From Chloroflexota bacterium (GTDB lineage: Bacteria; Chloroflexota; Dehalococcoidia; Tepidiformales; Tepidiformaceae), in contig JAPPBY010000013.1 in assembly GCA_026702615.1 (NCBI GenBank), forward strand, positions 27,521 through 91,520: DNA of 64,000 bases, given 5' to 3'. The notes beneath the pieces are model-generated. The model was not told where the DNA came from and ran no database searches. It worked only from the letters and a program-made list of their open reading frames with translations. The position numbers and the translations under genes were made by a program. Positions within the stretch are counted from its first letter, which is position 1, and each line of letters begins with the position of its first letter. Shown here piece by piece: positions 62,598 through 64,000 of the stretch.

Positions 62598-64000
62598 TTC
62601 CCGAAAACGTGCTCGCCGCCCTCCGCCAGCGCTTCGAACTGCTCTCCGCCCCCGTCACGATCGACTACTTCCACCAGGGCGAAAGCGGGCTCATCGTGCC
62701 GGGCGCTCCGCCCCGTACGCCCTGCCCCGCCTGCGGACCCACGAAGGAGACGCTCGAAGACCTCGTCGGCGTCTCACCGAAGCTTCGCCTCGTCACGCAC
62801 GAGTACCACGCCGAACCCCAGCTGGTGGAGAGCTGGAACGTCGAGCGCGTTCCCGCCGTTCTCCTGCGGCGCGGCGCCGGCGCCCCGCCCCTCCGCTACT
62901 ACGGCCTGCCCCAGGGCCTCTTCTTCGAGGTGCTGGTCGAGGTCATCTCCGCCTTCCCGGCGCCACCCTCCCCACCCGCCGCTCTCGCCGAGGTCCTCGA
63001 CCGCCTCACCGACATCCTCTCCATCGTCGTGGTCGGCTCCATGCGCCACCCGGCGGGGGCGCAGGCCGTGGCGAGCGCCTACCAGCTCGCCCTCTTCTCG
63101 AACAAGGTCGAGGCGACCGTCATCGAGGCCGAAACGTTCCCCGAGGTCGTGCAGCAACTCGGGCTGAGCGAGCTGCCCGCCACAATCGTCGCGGACAAGC
63201 ACGGCTTCTCGGGTGTGGCCAACACGATGGCCCTCGCCCAGTTCGGCGTCGACGCCCAGCAGTCCGACTCCCCGATGCCGCCACAGGTGGCGCCGGGGTC
63301 GGCGGCGGCCATCGGCGGCGCTCCCGGCGCCCCACCCGTCTCCGCTCCCCAGCCCGCCACCTCCGAGCCCCCCACCGTCGACCCCGCCGAGGAAAAGGTC
63401 GACGTCGCCATCGTCGGGGGCGGTCCCGCGGGCCTGCAGGCGGCGCTGGTGCTCGTGCGCGCCCGCAAGTCCGTCGCCGTCTTCGACGCGCCCTCCCCCG
63501 CCCGCAACGCCGCCTCCCACGGTGTCCACAACTTCATCGGCATCGAGGGCATGCTCCCCGCCGACCTCGCGCGGACCGCCTGGGAGCAAATTGACGCCGT
63601 CGGCGGTGCTGCCTTGCACCGCATCGAGGTCGCCAATGTCGAGCGCGACCACGAGGGCGACTTCGTCATTACGACGGCGGAGGGCGACAGGCTCGGCGCC
63701 CACCACGTCATCCTTGCCTTCGGTCACCGCGACGCCATCCCCGACATTCCCGGCTTTGCCGAGTGCTGGGGCGATACCGTGATCTCCTGCCCCTTCTGCG
63801 ATGGCTACGAACACCGCGATCGCGTCTGGGGCCTGGTCGTGCCCTCGACCGGGGCCAAGGCCACGCCGCCCCTCTTCGCCTACAACTGGACCGACAAGGT
63901 GAAGGTCTTCCTCGGCGGTGAGGTGGACCTTCCCGAGGAGATGGCCACCGCCCTCGAAGCCCAGGGCCTCGAGCTCCATCGCGGCGACATCACCACCATC
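62594..64000 (+). CDS. AhpF-like fusion: double thioredoxin-fold N-terminal domain plus thioredoxin-reductase-like flavoprotein (3' end outside the window)
   Basis: Not in the ORF track because it has no stop in the window; I read the frame by hand from ATG 62594 (ATGA overlap with Ldh_2). CPAC at 62723..62734, a Pro/Ala linker, VAIVGGGPAGLQAA, and CPFC at 63788..63799. Confidence 0.7.
   Translation, partial: MIPENVLAALRQRFELLSAPVTIDYFHQGESGLIVPGAPPRTPCPACGPTKETLEDLVGVSPKLRLVTHEYHAEPQLVESWNVERVPAVLLRRGAGAPPLRYYGLPQGLFFEVLVEVISAFPAPPSPPAALAEVLDRLTDILSIVVVGSMRHPAGAQAVASAYQLALFSNKVEATVIEAETFPEVVQQLGLSELPATIVADKHGFSGVANTMALAQFGVDAQQSDSPMPPQVAPGSAAAIGGAPGAPPVSAPQPATSEPPTVDPAEEKVDVAIVGGGPAGLQAALVLVRARKSVAVFDAPSPARNAASHGVHNFIGIEGMLPADLARTAWEQIDAVGGAALHRIEVANVERDHEGDFVITTAEGDRLGAHHVILAFGHRDAIPDIPGFAECWGDTVISCPFCDGYEHRDRVWGLVVPSTGAKATPPLFAYNWTDKVKVFLGGEVDLPEEMATALEAQGLELHRGDITTI

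Overview
High-GC (about 68-70% by eye), tightly packed chromosomal window with about 66 protein-coding genes. I found no rRNA, tRNA, CRISPR array, integrase or transposase. Lipoprotein and Tat signals followed by acidic linkers, many 4-nt start/stop overlaps and heavy paralogy (7 SDRs, 2 ThuA, 2 DinB, 2 NTF2, 2 EcKL kinases, 2 acyl-CoA dehydrogenases) suggest a Chloroflexota/Thermomicrobia-like or actinobacterial organism. That taxonomic call is a guess.

Gene content, in order:
- Replication module: dnaB, a DnaD-like gene, and a tandem DnaC-like loader.
- NUDIX hydrolase, moaE/moaD, comF and a methyltransferase.
- A MoxR / DUF58 / BatD-like / VWA / VWA-TPR (Bat-like) operon, then ctaG.
- An 11-gene minus-strand cluster: E1alpha, E1beta, an AcoX-like kinase, E2, Lpd, a hypothetical, two AhpD/CMD paralogs, a Rieske oxygenase, a Rieske ferredoxin and a CoA-transferase.
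- SDR, ThuA and two acyl-CoA dehydrogenases.
- A peptide-type ABC importer with two paralogous binding proteins and no ATPase.
- A kinase / epimerase / LLM cluster, then a small membrane protein paired with an XRE regulator.
- A His-rich beta-propeller lipoprotein (AztD-like) behind a Fur-family-type palindrome.
- Several MFE-2-like SDRs, then lspA-rluD-gltX.
- An aldo/keto reductase, an OafA-type acyltransferase, MaoC, DinB, two EcKL kinases, an MBL hydrolase, infA, and an Ldh_2 gene coupled to an AhpF-like fusion that runs off the 3' end.

Most interesting observations:
1. An AhpD-like gene is interrupted by one in-frame TGA exactly at the second Cys of the CxxC motif, with a stem-loop just downstream. 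It is a candidate selenoprotein, and it sits right after E2 and Lpd, which suggests a lipoamide-coupled redox relay.
2. A DnaC/DnaI-type helicase loader is internally duplicated (two AAA+ modules plus a zinc ribbon) and is encoded with a DnaD-like gene directly after dnaB.
3. A perfect AT-rich 7-1-7 palindrome (29-bp perfect palindrome) overlaps the predicted promoter of the orphan His-rich propeller lipoprotein.
4. The AcoX-like gene has a family-like N-terminus that lacks any canonical start codon and lies in frame after the E1beta stop.
5. The E2 has two peripheral-subunit-binding domains.
6. A degenerate repeat array lies between two convergent SDR genes.

All functional calls are from motif recognition by eye; no searches were run.
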